Assembly: GCA_044892525.1 (NCBI GenBank)
Contig: CM097887.1
Span: 43,214,001-43,278,000 of the forward strand
Source of the DNA: Schmidtea polychroa
Lineage: Eukaryota
DNA length: 64,000 nucleotides
Direction: 5' to 3'
The notes beneath the pieces are model-generated. The model did no database searches and had not been told where the DNA came from. It saw nothing but the letters and a program-made list of their open reading frames with translations. Below, in pieces: positions 13,447-27,600 of this stretch. Position numbers and translations under genes: made by a program. Each line of letters opens with the position of its first letter. The first letter of the stretch is position 1.

Positions 13447-13694
13447 TTAAGCATGTGAAAATTAAAAAATAAGGAACATGAACGACAGTAGGTTTTGATT
13501 AGGAAATCGAACACTGGAACTGAATGTGTCAATGTCGTAATTACTATTAAAAAATTCAAAATCTACCCAAAAAATTTATTAAATTCAAAATTTTGAGGTC
13601 AGTGTCATCATTTGGAGGACAGTTTAAGCCAAATTCTGAGGTCAGGGTTGATTTTAGGTCTTTCGAAGATCAAAGTCCAATTTTCGCAATTTAA

Positions 13695-13916
13695 ACCTTT
13701 AATGCACATGCCCGAACGTAACTCGGGTAAGTGTTACTGGCAAATTTGTGCATGCTCGAGAGAGACTCGGGTATACGAAATATAAAGTTTTGTTTAAGAT
13801 TCACTAGCGACTATATCTGGGGCTGTGTAATAAATTTATGAAAAAAAGCCGAGATGTGAATTTGTAGCGTAAAAATGATTTATTTTTGCCGTTGTATAAA
13901 AAAATACGTTAAAGGG
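13695..13916. mobile_element. piggyBac-type MITE (222 bp)
   Basis: TTAA flanks; TIR ACCTTTAATG / CCCTTTAACG. Confidence 0.6.
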
Positions 13917-14100
13917 TTAAAGGTCATAGAAATTTTTAAGGTCAACCCCCTAACCAACAATTTAAGGTCAAATTTAAATTTTTCTGATTTTTCCCTTACT
14001 TATAGCCCTTTAATACAAAGACATATGCAATATATATATACATTATAAGAACATTTTTTCCAATTTCACCACTGATTTTTTTCCATTGAATTTATTAAAA

Positions 14101-14175
14101 AAGAGCTTGAAGACTATAAATCAGTAATATATCGATGTTTTTGATATATTACTGACTTATAGTCTTCAAGCTCTT
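14101..14175. repeat. Near-perfect 75-nt hairpin (33-bp arms, 1 mismatch, 9-nt loop)
   Basis: aagagcttgaagactataaatcagtaatatatc-gatgttttt-gatatattactgacttatagtcttcaagctctt. Confidence 0.9.
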
Positions 14176-15417
14176 CTACATTTATATATATATATATATA
14201 TAGGGTTGCATGTGTATTACATGTGTATTTTTATTATTTTTAATAATATTTGGAAATTAATGTCGTCGAATAATATATGGAAAATATAAATTCAAAATTC
14301 AAATTGAAAAAGGAAAAACTAAGCAACACAAAAAAATCAACTAGAAGAAATAAGGAAATTAAAAGCTGTAAATTAAACAATCCAATTTTACAACTATCCT
14401 AAAACGCAGCAAATACAAGAAATAGTAAAAATTCTTAATATCCCCCTATATTATTACGAAAAGAGAAAAGCAAAGTTATCCACAGGTTCAAGAAATATCA
14501 AATCAACGAGATCAAGTGTTTATAGTTTAATCAAACATTATATTATTCGTTATCAAGCAATTCAGAACAATTAAAGGTTTTTTAGTTTATATTAAACGAA
14601 TAAAATAGTTTATAATTTAATCCTATTGTTGTTAATCCTTTTTATTGCATTCTTCACACAGGCACCCAAGCAGTCCCAAAACAGATTTTAAAGGATACTT
14701 CTGGGCTCTTACAATCTCTTAGTATACACCTACAACTGATTAAAACATATAAATATCAAAACATACAAATTTCGCAAGACCTCAAACCTATTCAATTTTA
14801 CGATCAAAATAAATTTGTATTAATTTCATATTTTTAAAATGTGTTAAAAATATTTTAATAGAACTCAATATTTATTATCTATATTTCGGTGAACAATGCC
14901 CATCGCCAGAATTCAATGTATTGATATAGCCTATTTTAGGTATTATTAAATTACAAAAATTTTAATTTTTCAAAAAAATAATCATAACAGAACAGCAAGC
15001 TGTCATTTCTCAATGTGATCAGAAAGGAATATGTAATAAAAAACATATGATTGGTATAAAAGTGTGATCTGTGAGAATAAACGAAATTTTACAGTACTCA
15101 AGTTGTTACACGGGAAAGGTTGACAGTTTTACCAAATAGGTCAACCAATAATTCTTATTAATGACGATATTTTAACACGATATTTCTCAAACTGTGTTCC
15201 CAAAATGTTTGAAAAAATAAAAGATTTCAAAGTTATTAGATTGTAAAACAGAAATAAGATTGACAACATTGACAACAAAATATGAAAAAGTTTATCAAAT
15301 AATATATCCAGATTCCAATGATAAAGTAAAGTAGTAATCCTGTTCAAATTTCTCGTTAGAAAATTTAATAAGCATTTGCTTTTATTTCTGACTTCCATTT
15401 TCTATGACATTTTAAAA

Positions 15418-16114
15418 CAGGGACTGAAACCGAACCCGAACCCTGTTGAACCCAGAAACTCATGCAGGTTCAAGTTCATAAATTTAATAAATTTATTCTG
15501 TGAATTTTTTAGAAAAAAAAGAGGACAAAAAAGTAGTAAAGTTTTCGTATTCGTTAATGTTGCCAAGCTTATTTTCTTAAAGTAGCTTACTACGATACAA
15601 AGTTTCTCGTGTTCATTAATGTTTCCTAACGATTTTGTTTTTATTATTTGGAATTTTGACTTTCTATGATTAAAGTTTAATAATAATCATTATTTAACCA
15701 TTTAATTTAAACGTGTTTTTTTGTTTGTTAAATTCTATATTAAATTTAATTTTAAAATTGTTTTGAGGAAAATAAAGTAAGTACATAAACATACTTAAAA
15801 GAAAAAAGTATTTTAAAATTTTGGGAGCAACGTAAAATACAAACACCTTTACTATATCAGTGGCCTAAATAATATTTGCAGTCCCTGTTAAGCAAGTTAG
15901 GGCTTTTTCAGTTTTAAAATGTATACTATCACCTCAACGAGCAAATCTAACAGAAGAGAACTTAAAAAATATTTTAACTGTTTAATTAAATGAAAGATTT
16001 TTGGGAAAATAAATAAAAGATAGTGCTTTTTTTCTAAATTTTAAACCCGATTTTTTTATTTTAATTAACCCGAACCTGAACCTGAACCCAATTTTTTCCG
16101 GGTTTCTGTCCCTG
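15418..16114 (+). mobile_element. hAT deletion derivative
   Basis: TIR CAGGGAC(T/A)GAAACC; AACCCG subterminal repeats; TSD ttttaaaa/ttataata; decayed dimerisation domain IFAVPV...RAFSVLKCILSPQRANLTEENL at ~15870-15990. Confidence 0.8.
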
Positions 16115-16431
16115 TTATAATAATATGTAATTTTTTTTTAATTTAACATTTTCGCTTTTTTAAATTACAAAGTTATTTTGCTAAAAAATGTTACATCGAA
16201 ATTACAAATAAAATATTGAAAAATTATAGATATTTTAAATAATTTCAATTTTATCAGAGAATTTCGCACTAAGAATCAAAAATTTTAAATTTATTTTAAA
16301 AACAGATTCAAGTTACTCTTATTATCTTAATATTTTATGGCCTATTTCAAATATAATATTTTTGGTCATCAGTATTTTGATTAAGTTGATTATAATTAAG
16401 AAAAATGAAAAAATAAAAAAGTATATTTTAC

Positions 16432-16548
16432 CATCATTCGGATAGTTTGGACCATAATTAATGGTTCTCCATGAATCGTCTACTGATGTCGGTTTTTCAA
16501 TATCATATAGTTCTTTATTTATTTCAGGTGCAATCACCTTTCGAGAAT
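16432..16548 (-). CDS. Internal exon of TASOR-like gene A
   Basis: AG/GT bounded, 117 bp, phase 1-1: DSRKVIAPEINKELYDIEKPTSVDDSWRTINYGPNYPNDG. Paralogous to gene B exon 40156-40236 (W..INYG). Confidence 0.7.
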
Positions 16549-17051
16549 CTGGAAATATGTATTGTAACAATTAGCTTAGTAATGCCATTTCCCTCTAATT
16601 TCATTCAATATTTCTTAGAAAAGCTAAAAATATATTTAACGTGTAGAAAACTGTTTCTTGTCACTGCAAAATAATTTGTTAAAATTTTATTTTCACCGCC
16701 AAATTTCTTTTGTTAACCAAACAAACACAGAAACATATTCAAATTTTAAAATACAACTGGTTCAAATAATTTTGTTCGTAATTCTTTTCAAAATTTTTCA
16801 ATAATTCAAAATTTCTATCTATCAATAAATTGGAAAAGTGTTCCACTTTGGCATTTGAACTTGTCTCCAAAAATTTTGAAACGAACTCAAACCGATAATG
16901 AAAATTCTTGAAACCACTTAACAGAATTAGTTAATACTATCATAATTTTCGCCATATAAGACGTTCTTTTCTATTTAAAAAATGTCTTATAAGTCGAATG
17001 CTTCTTATAAGCCGACGAAAATGGAAAATATACAATAACATTTACAAAATA

Positions 17052-17908
17052 CAGTCGATTCCGCTTAACACAAGATTTACGGAACCTGTCAATTTGACGG
17101 ATTCAATTTTTAAAATTAAATATACAAAAGAAATATCATTTTTTCCAATTTTTTTTATGTTGATTATTAATGACACAATGATACGCGAATATATCACTAT
17201 CCTTTTCTTTGTCGCCATTTTCGCTTAGGGGAAATGTGTTGTATATATCTATTTTTACGGACACCCGTCAAATTGTCTTCTAATGTCAGTAAATCTAGTG
17301 TTAATTAGGACACCTCTATATTGGGACAGCCGCTTAATTGTGGCAGTACATCAATACACCTAGAATTTTCAACATTAGATAACAATTTACCATGTTACGA
17401 TGATAATGAAGACTGAGGATTCAATTGTAGAAGGCATTAAATCAAAACATGAAAAATTAGACGAAGAAAAATTAGACATGTGCCTGTGACTAACCAGGAG
17501 GCAAAAAAATGTATGGCCGTGTTACAGCGTTATTTTATGCAGGAAGAAAATGAAGGGAGCCCTACATCCGCACTGAATATCTGTGCTGATTATGTACAAG
17601 TGAAATGTTACAAAAACAAAAGACAGGCTACACTTGACTCATTTTTGCATTGAATTAAATTGTATGTACCTACCCATTTATTATTTTAATTAGAAAATTT
17701 TTTTTCTTAAGTTTTTTTGTAATTTATATGATAATTTATATTACCTATATGTAATTTACAGTTTCTAAGAGTTTATAAAATAAAATTATTGAAAAAAATA
17801 TGCATTGTTTAATTTTATGTGTGTATCAATAAATTTTAAATGTGAAATTCGCTTAATTAGGACAAAATGCCCAAGTCCCGATGTGTCCCAATTAAGCGGA
17901 ATCGACTG
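17052..17908 (+). mobile_element. Tigger/pogo internal-deletion derivative (857 bp)
   Basis: TA TSD; TIR CAGTCGATTCCGCTTAA; C-terminal remnant NQEAKKCMAVLQRYF...KRQATLDSFLH*. Confidence 0.88.
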
Positions 17909-20900
17909 TACAACAAAATATATCAGACAATTAAAGTCTATTACTTTCCTAACATATTAGAAATAAAGACAAATTTGTCTAATATGAAAATTCACTTAAT
18001 ATCAAGTTTTTACGGAGCACTGGCAAAATAACCACCTAATATACACAAAATAGAATGCCTCATAATAGCAAAATTTGCTTTACAGCATAAACTTCTCAAT
18101 GACCAATATGTAGGCATGTGTGCTGGCAAAATCTACATGTATTTTTACCCTCCATTTCCACTTACCGCCTTACACACAAAGTACGCTATGGATCGGCATG
18201 CTCACAATCCCTGTATTCATATTAGGTGGCTTCAATAGGTTACCATTAACACGTTACCAGCCAAAATGTTGAGAAAAAATTGTCCTCCTGGGCCAATTCG
18301 GTTGTTCGGCTAATATTACATTCATGGCAGTCCACGTGGTTAAATATAATGGGGTAAGTAAAACATGGCACAAGTGTCTCGCGGCTCAAACGCACGAAAA
18401 TCTGAGACACAAAATACATGTCTCATGACAACTAACTTGTTAACTAGACTTTATTAAAATCACCCAAATGTAACATTGGGTGTCTGATTGAGTGTATTCA
18501 AACGATTGACACTGGCTCCTTATTGATATGATTACAAAATGACTAATTGACTGTTAGAAAAAATTACTGTAAATCAATTATCTGATACTTTGAGATTACG
18601 AACTTCTAGGGGTAAATTGGCCTAATAACAAGTTTTTCTGACATTTTCTTACTTGCTAATAAAGCAAATTCTATTTTATATTATAATTTAACAACAAAAC
18701 ACATAAGTGGTTTTCGACATTTTTTGACTAATTCGATCAATCATTTTCACTTAATTTGACAAAAATTATTTATTGAGAATTTTTAATTACAATCCAGCTT
18801 CTGATAATAAATCAAATTTCTAAACTTCGGAATTATTTCAAAAACAAATACAAGAGGAAACATTACACTAATTTTCACAAGAAATAAATTATTGAATACA
18901 AATATTAAACAATTCTTTGAATGATTCTATTTATTTTCTCAGTCAATCTTGTTTCTGGTTAAATCATTATATGCATCCTTGTAAATTAAACAACTACTCA
19001 TTGTTTTCTGCATCTTTCAAATTTTCGAAATAAAAATCAGAACTAGTACATTCTGACTTTGAAACTTATTTTTCATTTTTCGTGGATATTACGAAAAATA
19101 ATTACTTATTACCCGAGTTTCCTAAACTTTTTGATTTGCCTACAGAGTCGTACTAATAGGCCTAACAACCCTCGTATAGTGGGGTTCCAAATTTAGAAAG
19201 CTGCAACTGTTCACATCATGCAGATGAGATATGTATTAAGTATTGAACGAGACTAAATTCGACAATTAAACACTCAGTGTGTTGTGGTGGAGTTCATCGT
19301 GAAAAGATTAGGAGAAAACGCGTTTTGCAATAACTTCAGGTTTTTTCCACAGAATATTTTAAGTAATTAATAAAAAGGGACCGCTATAAATTTTTGATAG
19401 CGATATTCCAAAAATTGTTGGAAAATCAATAGTTTTCAGAAGAGTATAAAATGTTTCCTCGTTTTAACTAATTAAAATCAAAGTCTTAACCTATTTAAAT
19501 AATAGGTATGTGTAAGCCCAGAAATTTTTGCAATATTCTTTTCTGAATGCGAAAAGAAATCGAGAAATTTAATGTTTGAAAATGTATTGGAACGGAATTA
19601 TTTTTAAGAATTGCAAATTCGTTTCCAATCTAGAAAGACGTTTAACACAGTTCAATGTACTAAATTCGTTGTGCTCTTATTGTAAAAATTACCACTTGTA
19701 TGCTCATTTTAAATATCACTTTTCGTTCTTAAATATAGTTTTAAGGATAATTTGACCCAATAAGAACAGTTCAGTCGATTTCCGCGCCATCTCCATTTCC
19801 ACAATACCGCTTCATTCCATATCATTTTTAAATATTAATTCGCCCATTGGTTGCTTTACAGATTTCGAATTTTAAGTTTGTTTCATACTTCATTTACAAA
19901 TCTATTCCTTTTCATCCGCTTTTTTATTTTCCCTCGATTCTTATGATCGACTGATGGTGTAAATATTATAATATGTTACTTCGCTGCAACATTCTTTCGA
20001 GTCTTATCATTTTGAATTTCTTGATTAACTTTCTTGATTTCCTTTTTAAGAGCAAAGTTTTATATCTTTTACATTTTTTACATTTCATTGTTTGATTGTA
20101 ATTTTTATTGGGATCAAATCGGTGAGATACATTTTCTAAGTTTTAATTTTAAAATACATCGAATTATCAAATTATCGAATTGGTTTGAACCCTAATAGTA
20201 ATTGAATTATATGCTTAAATAGAAATAACTGGGTTCGACTATAATATCATTTCTTTTATGATAATAATGATACTAAGATGCCCTAATTAATCGGCAAAAT
20301 TGTGAAATGTTATTCGAATTCTTTTTCGTAAAGTTTCATGATAATTTTGAGAGATCATTTAAATGTCTTCATTATCTAATTTAATATATTTTAGAACATT
20401 TGAATAATCGAAAACAATTTCTCCCTGTATCAATTCAATAAACTCAATGAGAAATAACTGGCTATCCACTTATTATTAACAAATGACAAATTAATAAAAT
20501 TTAGAACTGTTCTAATTAATTATTTTATTCACCAGTAGTTACAGTTATTCTTTTAGTAAATATTGTCGAAGTTCAAAATCTAATTTTGATCCTGAATAAA
20601 AATTCTTAAATTGTATTGGAACTCCCCTTAATTTCAATCAAGGTCAATTAATAATGGTAGAGCATATCATTAATAACATGTTGACGACAGTGAAATTTTA
20701 CCTTTTTGATTTAACAAAATTAATTCACCATAAATTGTGAATTTTTAGCGTAAGATTGAATATTTTTGAAAATAATTTGGTATTTACTATTAGTGTGAAA
20801 TATAAAAAAAACAGCTTCTTTCATTTAACGTCACCTAAGTCATAGTCATTTACGATATTATCTGTTCCTTTTCTGCACAACTTATAGAGTTGTAAAATTT

Positions 20901-21385
20901 AAGTCAGTATATTCCTCGAAATTATATTCAAAATTTTTAAGTATCATTTTTTTCAAATTTTCAAATGACGTTCTTTGTAATGGTTAAAAATATCGAAAAT
21001 TAACAAATAACATGTTAGGGTTTGTTGTTTAATTTGTGTTTTTCTACCACTTTCTGTATTATAAATGATGATTTAAATTTAGAAAAAACATCAACACGCG
21101 AGTTGTGTATGCTCGTATACTATAAGCTTATTGTTTTTCTTATATTTTGAGTGACATCCATTAAAACTAGGTATTGAACTGTCTGTGTTTTATATTATAC
21201 AACAATATGGAAAGGTTTTACAAACCCTTTCAATGCGCAAATCTAGTACAAGCGCAAAACGGTGATATAAATATATGCGGGAAGCCCACATATGCCTATT
21301 CTTTACGTATGTATTTTCAAATAAACAGTAATATATAATCATAATTATTAAATATGTTCCTGGACATATGAACATTATCCTTTAA

Positions 21386-21504
21386 CCTCTTAAGTGGTTT
21401 ATTTCGTAAAACGGTCCTACTGGTTGGAACGCGAAAATGTTTTGATTTAAATTGAATGGGGTTTTTTTGACGAGCGTCTGTAAACGGTTTTAGTTGTTAA
21501 AGGG
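21386..21504. mobile_element. Possible short TTAA/piggyBac-type MITE
   Basis: ttaa-CCTCTTAA...TTAAAGGG-ttat; degenerate. Confidence 0.35.
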
Positions 21505-23130
21505 TTATATATCAAAAAATTTTAAAATGTGAACTATGTTTCAATCCTCTTATTTGAATGATATATATATATATATATAAAATGATTACCAACAAGCCAG
21601 AATCAGAGGTTAAAAAAGAAATTTCTTAGAACAAAAAGAATTTTGTTTATTCAATTTTCTTTGTCGTAGTAACACCAGAGTTGTGAAAAACTGTCGAAAT
21701 CATGATTTTACCGATCGAATATCAAAATGTGATAAATTTCTTTAGTTTGTAATAAACCAACAATGTAGCGGTCAATCTAGCAGATGAATTCTCCATCTTT
21801 ATCAACTGTGAAAATGGGGTAAATGAATTCAGAAGATGTCTCACATAAGTTTAATATGACGATAGAGAAGATCTACCACTTGAAATTGTTAAATTTAGTT
21901 TAGGAGAGCGAAGGATACCATACACAGCTTCCAGATTCGGTGTTGGCTTTAATTGTGCTTTAATTGTGTTTATTATTCGTGCCTCATCTCCTCCCTGGTG
22001 AAGTGGTGGAAAAGGCTCGCATCACCTGTGAAAACAACATCGACATCTTGAAGGAGCATAGAGACAAGTTATTGTGTAATATTCACACAGAAGATGAAAT
22101 TCCACTTAGTGCATAAATCACGGAGTCCAATAATGATTCTGATTAGTGAAAATTACCTGTTGAGAAACTGTCAGTCGATATGATATCAGGGACTTATCAT
22201 CGCCCGATACTCATGCTTTTCATCTTCTGAGGCGCAAAGGCGTTCTGCAGATGGATCTTACTGACTAGTCAGTTAAGATTAATGCCGAGTACTACAGTAA
22301 CATTGTGACTACAGCCAGAAAGAAGAGAAGACAGGCAAAGCTTCTCCATGAATCATACATAGAAAAATACTGTTTATCCGTGTTAAAACAAAAAACTCCT
22401 ATTGTTTTTTTATTTCCATTTTAGACCAGGAATTTATTGAACATACCACGTATGTGTAAGAAATAAATTCCACATTAACCAGAAATTCTTGCAATGATAT
22501 TCTCCTTTTTACCTTTGGATCCAAGTCAATAAATTTGATAACTTAAAACTAAATCTTATCTTCTATATTTTGGATAAGATCTCTATTGGTATTTGTAATT
22601 TTCTAACAGTACTTGTTTCGTTTCCGGTAATCAAAATTTTGTCATATTAACAGCTTGTTATAAAATTTATTCCAAAGTTGATGGGTAGTCATGTCGCGTA
22701 ATAATCATTATCAATGAAACATCCCTGTAGATACAGAACTTGTAAAATTTCTGTAAAATGTCATGGTGGGAAACAATAAAACAAGTGCCAATTCATATTG
22801 TTAAGTTCATATTTCCAATATTTTTAATATAACAGTGATCAAAGTATATCCAATATATAACTATTAAAAATATATAATTATGGTTCATATTTCCATTTTA
22901 CAGTAAAAATTTATTCAACATCATTGTGATTACATGAATTGCGGTAATAAAATGATTTCTCTTAACAATTAATTGTAATAAGCAAATAATATTCTGGCTT
23001 AATATTTGCCGAAAAAATAACAGAAATTAACATAATTTTGTCATTTAGAACAGTCAGTTTTGATGTCTCCTGTGTTCTTTAAATAATTAATTACTTAAAT
23101 AATTGTGTTTGAATTTTAAGTCCATTTATA

Positions 23131-24172
23131 TAAGGGAGTATTGATATATAGTTGGCCTACATGTTTTCGAAGTAATCCCCTTTCATTTGTATATATTTAA
23201 TGTATCGATCGAAATGAAATTCTTATTAGGAAAGAATATTGTTATTCAGTTCTATAAAACACGAATCTACAGCATCGTTTACCATCTCGTTTGTCTTAAA
23301 TTTCCATCATTTCAATGATATTGTATGTGCCGGACAGAGATAATAATCAGATAGAGCAAAATAAGGAGAATATAACGTATTGTCGAAAATCTCAAAGCCG
23401 ACTTCATTGATTTTTTGGTAGGACAAATTTGACCCGAAGTTTGGTTACAATGAAGGCGTAATATTCTTCAGTAATCGAATTTCCATTCTCCAAGTAACCT
23501 GCGAAAACTATGCCATCCATATTCCAGAAAAGGAAAGCAAACATTTTTCTACATACGAAATTTTGGAGTCGGAGAACCAGCATCTTTGTATTCTATTGAT
23601 TTTTCTTTAATTTCATCCATCGTAATTAGGTTATCCAAAAAGTTTGATTTTCTATCATTAAATTGAGTATTAATCATTGTCACTCGAATTTTGTCATTAT
23701 TGAGATATTTGTGTATCTATTTTCTCATTTCCAATTCAACCTGAACTATATAGAAAACGCGTTCATATGAAATATTCAGAGTCTCTAATATGTATTTTAG
23801 GACGACTTATCTATTATCCAAGATCTTACATCATAGATAGCATCAATGTTTTCAATGATCTCTTCTAGATCATATTATTTTTCCTTCCACATTTAAGATC
23901 AACAACCAAGCTTTTATTGGGTTGAATAGGATATGATGGCCATTGATATCCTAATAATGTTAGCAGGTAGTCCTTTCAAATATGTTACTTAATGACTGAA
24001 CAATATTTGATTTAGCAAAAGTTCCCAATTTTTAATCACAATTTTAAAATGACAACCATTTCTGCTAAAAAAACCTAGCACGTGTGAATGTTAAAACTTA
24101 CTTCCATAGAAACGCTATTTAATTTTGTTTGCTTGAAATTATCGAGGCCAACTATTTATCAATAACTCCTTA
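23131..24172 (-). mobile_element. Decayed mariner transposon
   Basis: 28-bp TIR TAAGG(GAG/AGT)TATTGATA(T/A)ATAGTTGGCCT with TA flanks. Minus-strand remnants FLDNLITMDE, FWNMDGIVFAGYLE and LYSPYFALSDYY match the mariner YSPDLAPSDY motif. Confidence 0.85.
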
Positions 24173-24672
24173 TATATTTCCATTTCATTTGCTCGATAAA
24201 TGTTACAATATATAAATTCTTAAACATCTCCATGGTACTAATCTTTGTATTCAAAAAGTAGATTGTTTAACATATTGGTTGCTATGAGATAACCGAACAA
24301 CTCAGTTGTCCACCTAATTCAAAAGGCTGTCTCTTTTATAGATCTCGAGCAGACCCGATGTCGACGTGCACATGATCTCTCTGTTTATTCTAGCTTATAA
24401 ATATATGATATCTCGATTTGGTCTCTATGCGTTTTCTCGGTTCTCCTATAATGTGTTTGTTCAATTATTGATAGCAACACATCATCATTTCCAGGTGACA
24501 AATTAAATAAGATATTTGGTATAAATTGGTACCGATCAGTATTGTGCAAAAAATTACAAATTTACTTTTTACAAACCTTACCCTAACGATATATGATATG
24601 TTGGCAAATGACAATATTCAATTTTAAAAAAAATTAATTTCAACAAATATGAAATTCAAATAAAATGTTTAC

Positions 24673-27600
24673 CTTCCGCATCTATATTTTGAGTTGAAGA
24701 TTTTTTGTAATCTGAATATTGACGATCCCAAAATGAAATCGGTGTATGTTGAGACACCGGTTTTAATAATGCTAATGGACTTGGATAAGTCATAGAAAAC
24801 TTGTTTTCTTCTGCGCCAATTGCGTCTAATTTTTCATAAATCGGTTTATATTTAAAAATCATTGCAGCCGAAGGGCAGCAATGTCTCGGACGAATTACAG
24901 GATCCAAATTACCATTGGCAAATTCATAGAGAAAGACCTATTATAATAGTTGATTTGCACATAACAACAGTTTCCATGAAAACAATAAAGCTTAATGTCC
25001 TACCAGAGATTTAATATATTGAACAGAATCATTTTCTTTTGGATCTGGTCTCTCTTCACATATATGGGAGTCAAATTTTGGAGTAGGCGCTAGAAGAACT
25101 TTTGGATCATGCATGGCAACAATCTTTCTTTTACCAAGCATGTACTAATGAAATGAAAATTAAATTAAATTAAGTAGCTGCTGATTCAACAGTTTCCACA
25201 GATTTTTGTTATCGAATATATTGAATCCAAATCAACAATATATTGGACAATAATTTCGCAAACAGAAACTTTAATTAATCCATATTCATAAACCGCCTTT
25301 GACACACAAAAAAAAATCCAAAACTAAAAAATAGATTATTTTATAATATTCCTTAGTGAATATAAGATAGATTAAATTGAAACTTGTCATGTTTTTTCTT
25401 GGTCCTTTTCTAAACTTATTATACCACGCACATTTTCTTGTTTTTTTCAAAATAAAATGCAAGTTTTGATTTCTCTTGCACTTCCTTTGGAAACCCATAA
25501 CTTCTACGTATACTGTCAAATCACAACTTATTAATAAGTAGTCACAAATAAATCCCTTCAACAAATAGCTCTTATTAACACTTAAACTATGTTTTAGTAA
25601 AAAAATACGGCCAAATTTCCATAGGACAGGTGTTATTTCATGACACCAACGAGCAAATCCAGTCTATTAAAACAATGAAGATGTAATAAAATTTCTTCAA
25701 CAGATTTATTGATAATCTTTTCTTTGAAAATTAAAATTCATTCTGTTAATTATATATATTTCCATTTTACTATTAATCCGATGATTACATAGATTTCTTG
25801 ATTTTTATAGGTCAGCAAATTACTAAAAGCATTGAATAAAGTATTACATAAATAATTACAAACACATGTAATTATTTTGACTAAATTATAGTATTTATAA
25901 TCAGTATTACAATGATTTCACGATTAAGTCGGAAAAACTGAAAAATAATTAAAAAATTTACACCAGGCTTGCCCAACTCAAATGTTTCCGCAGGCTGCAT
26001 ATAAAATATGTAAATTAAAACGTAAAAATAAAAATTTCACGTTAGAAGGTTATTTGTTTTTCTTAATATTTTTTTAAGTTTACTCCAATTTACTCAGAAT
26101 TTGGTTGTAGATTTCTGTCCAAAATTGATTCTTGAAATTTTCTCTCAATAGAATTTCATTTTCGAAAAAAATGACCAATGCATATATGTCAGAGTGCACA
26201 ACCCTTTTGGCCAAGGGCCGAAATGTATTTTTTTAGAGTATTTTTTTTGTCTAATTCTAACTCTAATCTAGTTAGATGGTTGGGACTGGATTCTCTTAAC
26301 GATTTTATCAATGTTTGGTTGTAATTCAGTTGTTGCAATCTTCAAAATAGAGTTGAGGTTGCTATCAGTGAGGTTTGATCTCCGTTTATTTTTATTGAGT
26401 TTCATGATTGAGAATGTAGGTATGTAGGTACTTCCAAGCTGTGAAAACAACTTTAAAGCCATGCCCTTAATTTTGCCATATTTGTCTGGACAAAGATAAA
26501 ATTTCCGTGATTCACGAGAAGTATATTTTTTGACTTGCCACGAGGGCCGCGGTTCTGCATCCATGATATATGTGGATCAGAAAGAGCTGATAAGATTGTA
26601 TCCTATACATTCCAGTGTAGTACATGACGAAACCCAGTTTTACACTATTTCATTTGATTTGTTAATTATAATTTTGTATGAATAAATATCATTTTCTAAA
26701 CTCGTCGAAGGCTGTATGTTGAAAAGGCCTGATTACAGATTAAAGCTATGGCGATTTCCATAAAATATTTCAAATAGGACGATTGTGGTGTTTTATAAGA
26801 ATATATTGGACTTTGGAAAGTATAATATTATCAATTATATTTTGAATTTTATTGCTATCGAAATTTTCAACTCTTATATTCCTTCCAATCCAGTATTTTT
26901 TAATACCCCAAAGAAGACATTGGTTTATACATTTTCCGTTTTTTATTGTCAGAATATTTTAAATATTTTTTACTCTATTCATCATTATAATTTCTTCAAT
27001 ATCTGACAATCAAAAAACCATTTCGTTACATTCTATATTATTTAATCATTAATTTTTTTTCCAAATTATTCAATTTTATTAACATTTGTAATTGTACCAG
27101 GAAAAATATTCTAGAAATCTTTGATAAGGGATTTGTAGAACATCTTTTCGTGCCACCTGAAAATTAAAATATTTAATTATTCAAGCCATTCAAGTTTCAA
27201 GAAAGTCCGTTCTATAATTCTTAGTTGTATTGTAAAATGTCAAAATAATATGTTAATGTCCTGAAATTCTAATAATTTAATTTTGAATTATAGAAATTAT
27301 AATGTTTTTGTCATTCACCAGTGATCAACCACTCCAATTTCACATAGAATTACAATTTTTAATTGTAAAATGAAGTATAAATTATATTTATTTACATATT
27401 TCTCCTTTGACAATTTCACCTTTATAACAAGCTGAAACGTTTCGTTTTATTCATGTTAAATTTAATCATAAAATACAAAAAATATTTTATGAATAAATTT
27501 CAATAAAGAGTATGTTAACTTCGATCAAAATTTATAAAATATATCACAAGATAATGCAAAATTCAGATACATTACACATTGCATAGTTTTTTGAATTGCA

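Noticed and set aside
9300-13980. Clusters of AAGGTCA motifs (~9300-9440, ~9835, ~13590-13980) as nuclear-receptor response elements
   Set aside because: More likely internal motifs of an old repeat; no consistent spacing or orientation.
14640-15300. Possible plus-strand exons (TQAVPKQILKD, QQAVISQCDQKGICNKK)
   Set aside because: Could not splice them into a continuous open frame; no recognisable domain.
18250-18339. TTAA-flanked 90-bp segment with CACGT ends
   Set aside because: TIRs align only with an offset and several mismatches; insufficient support.
21950-22350. GC-richer coding-like stretch
   Set aside because: Short frames only, no recognisable motif; probably an old retroelement remnant.
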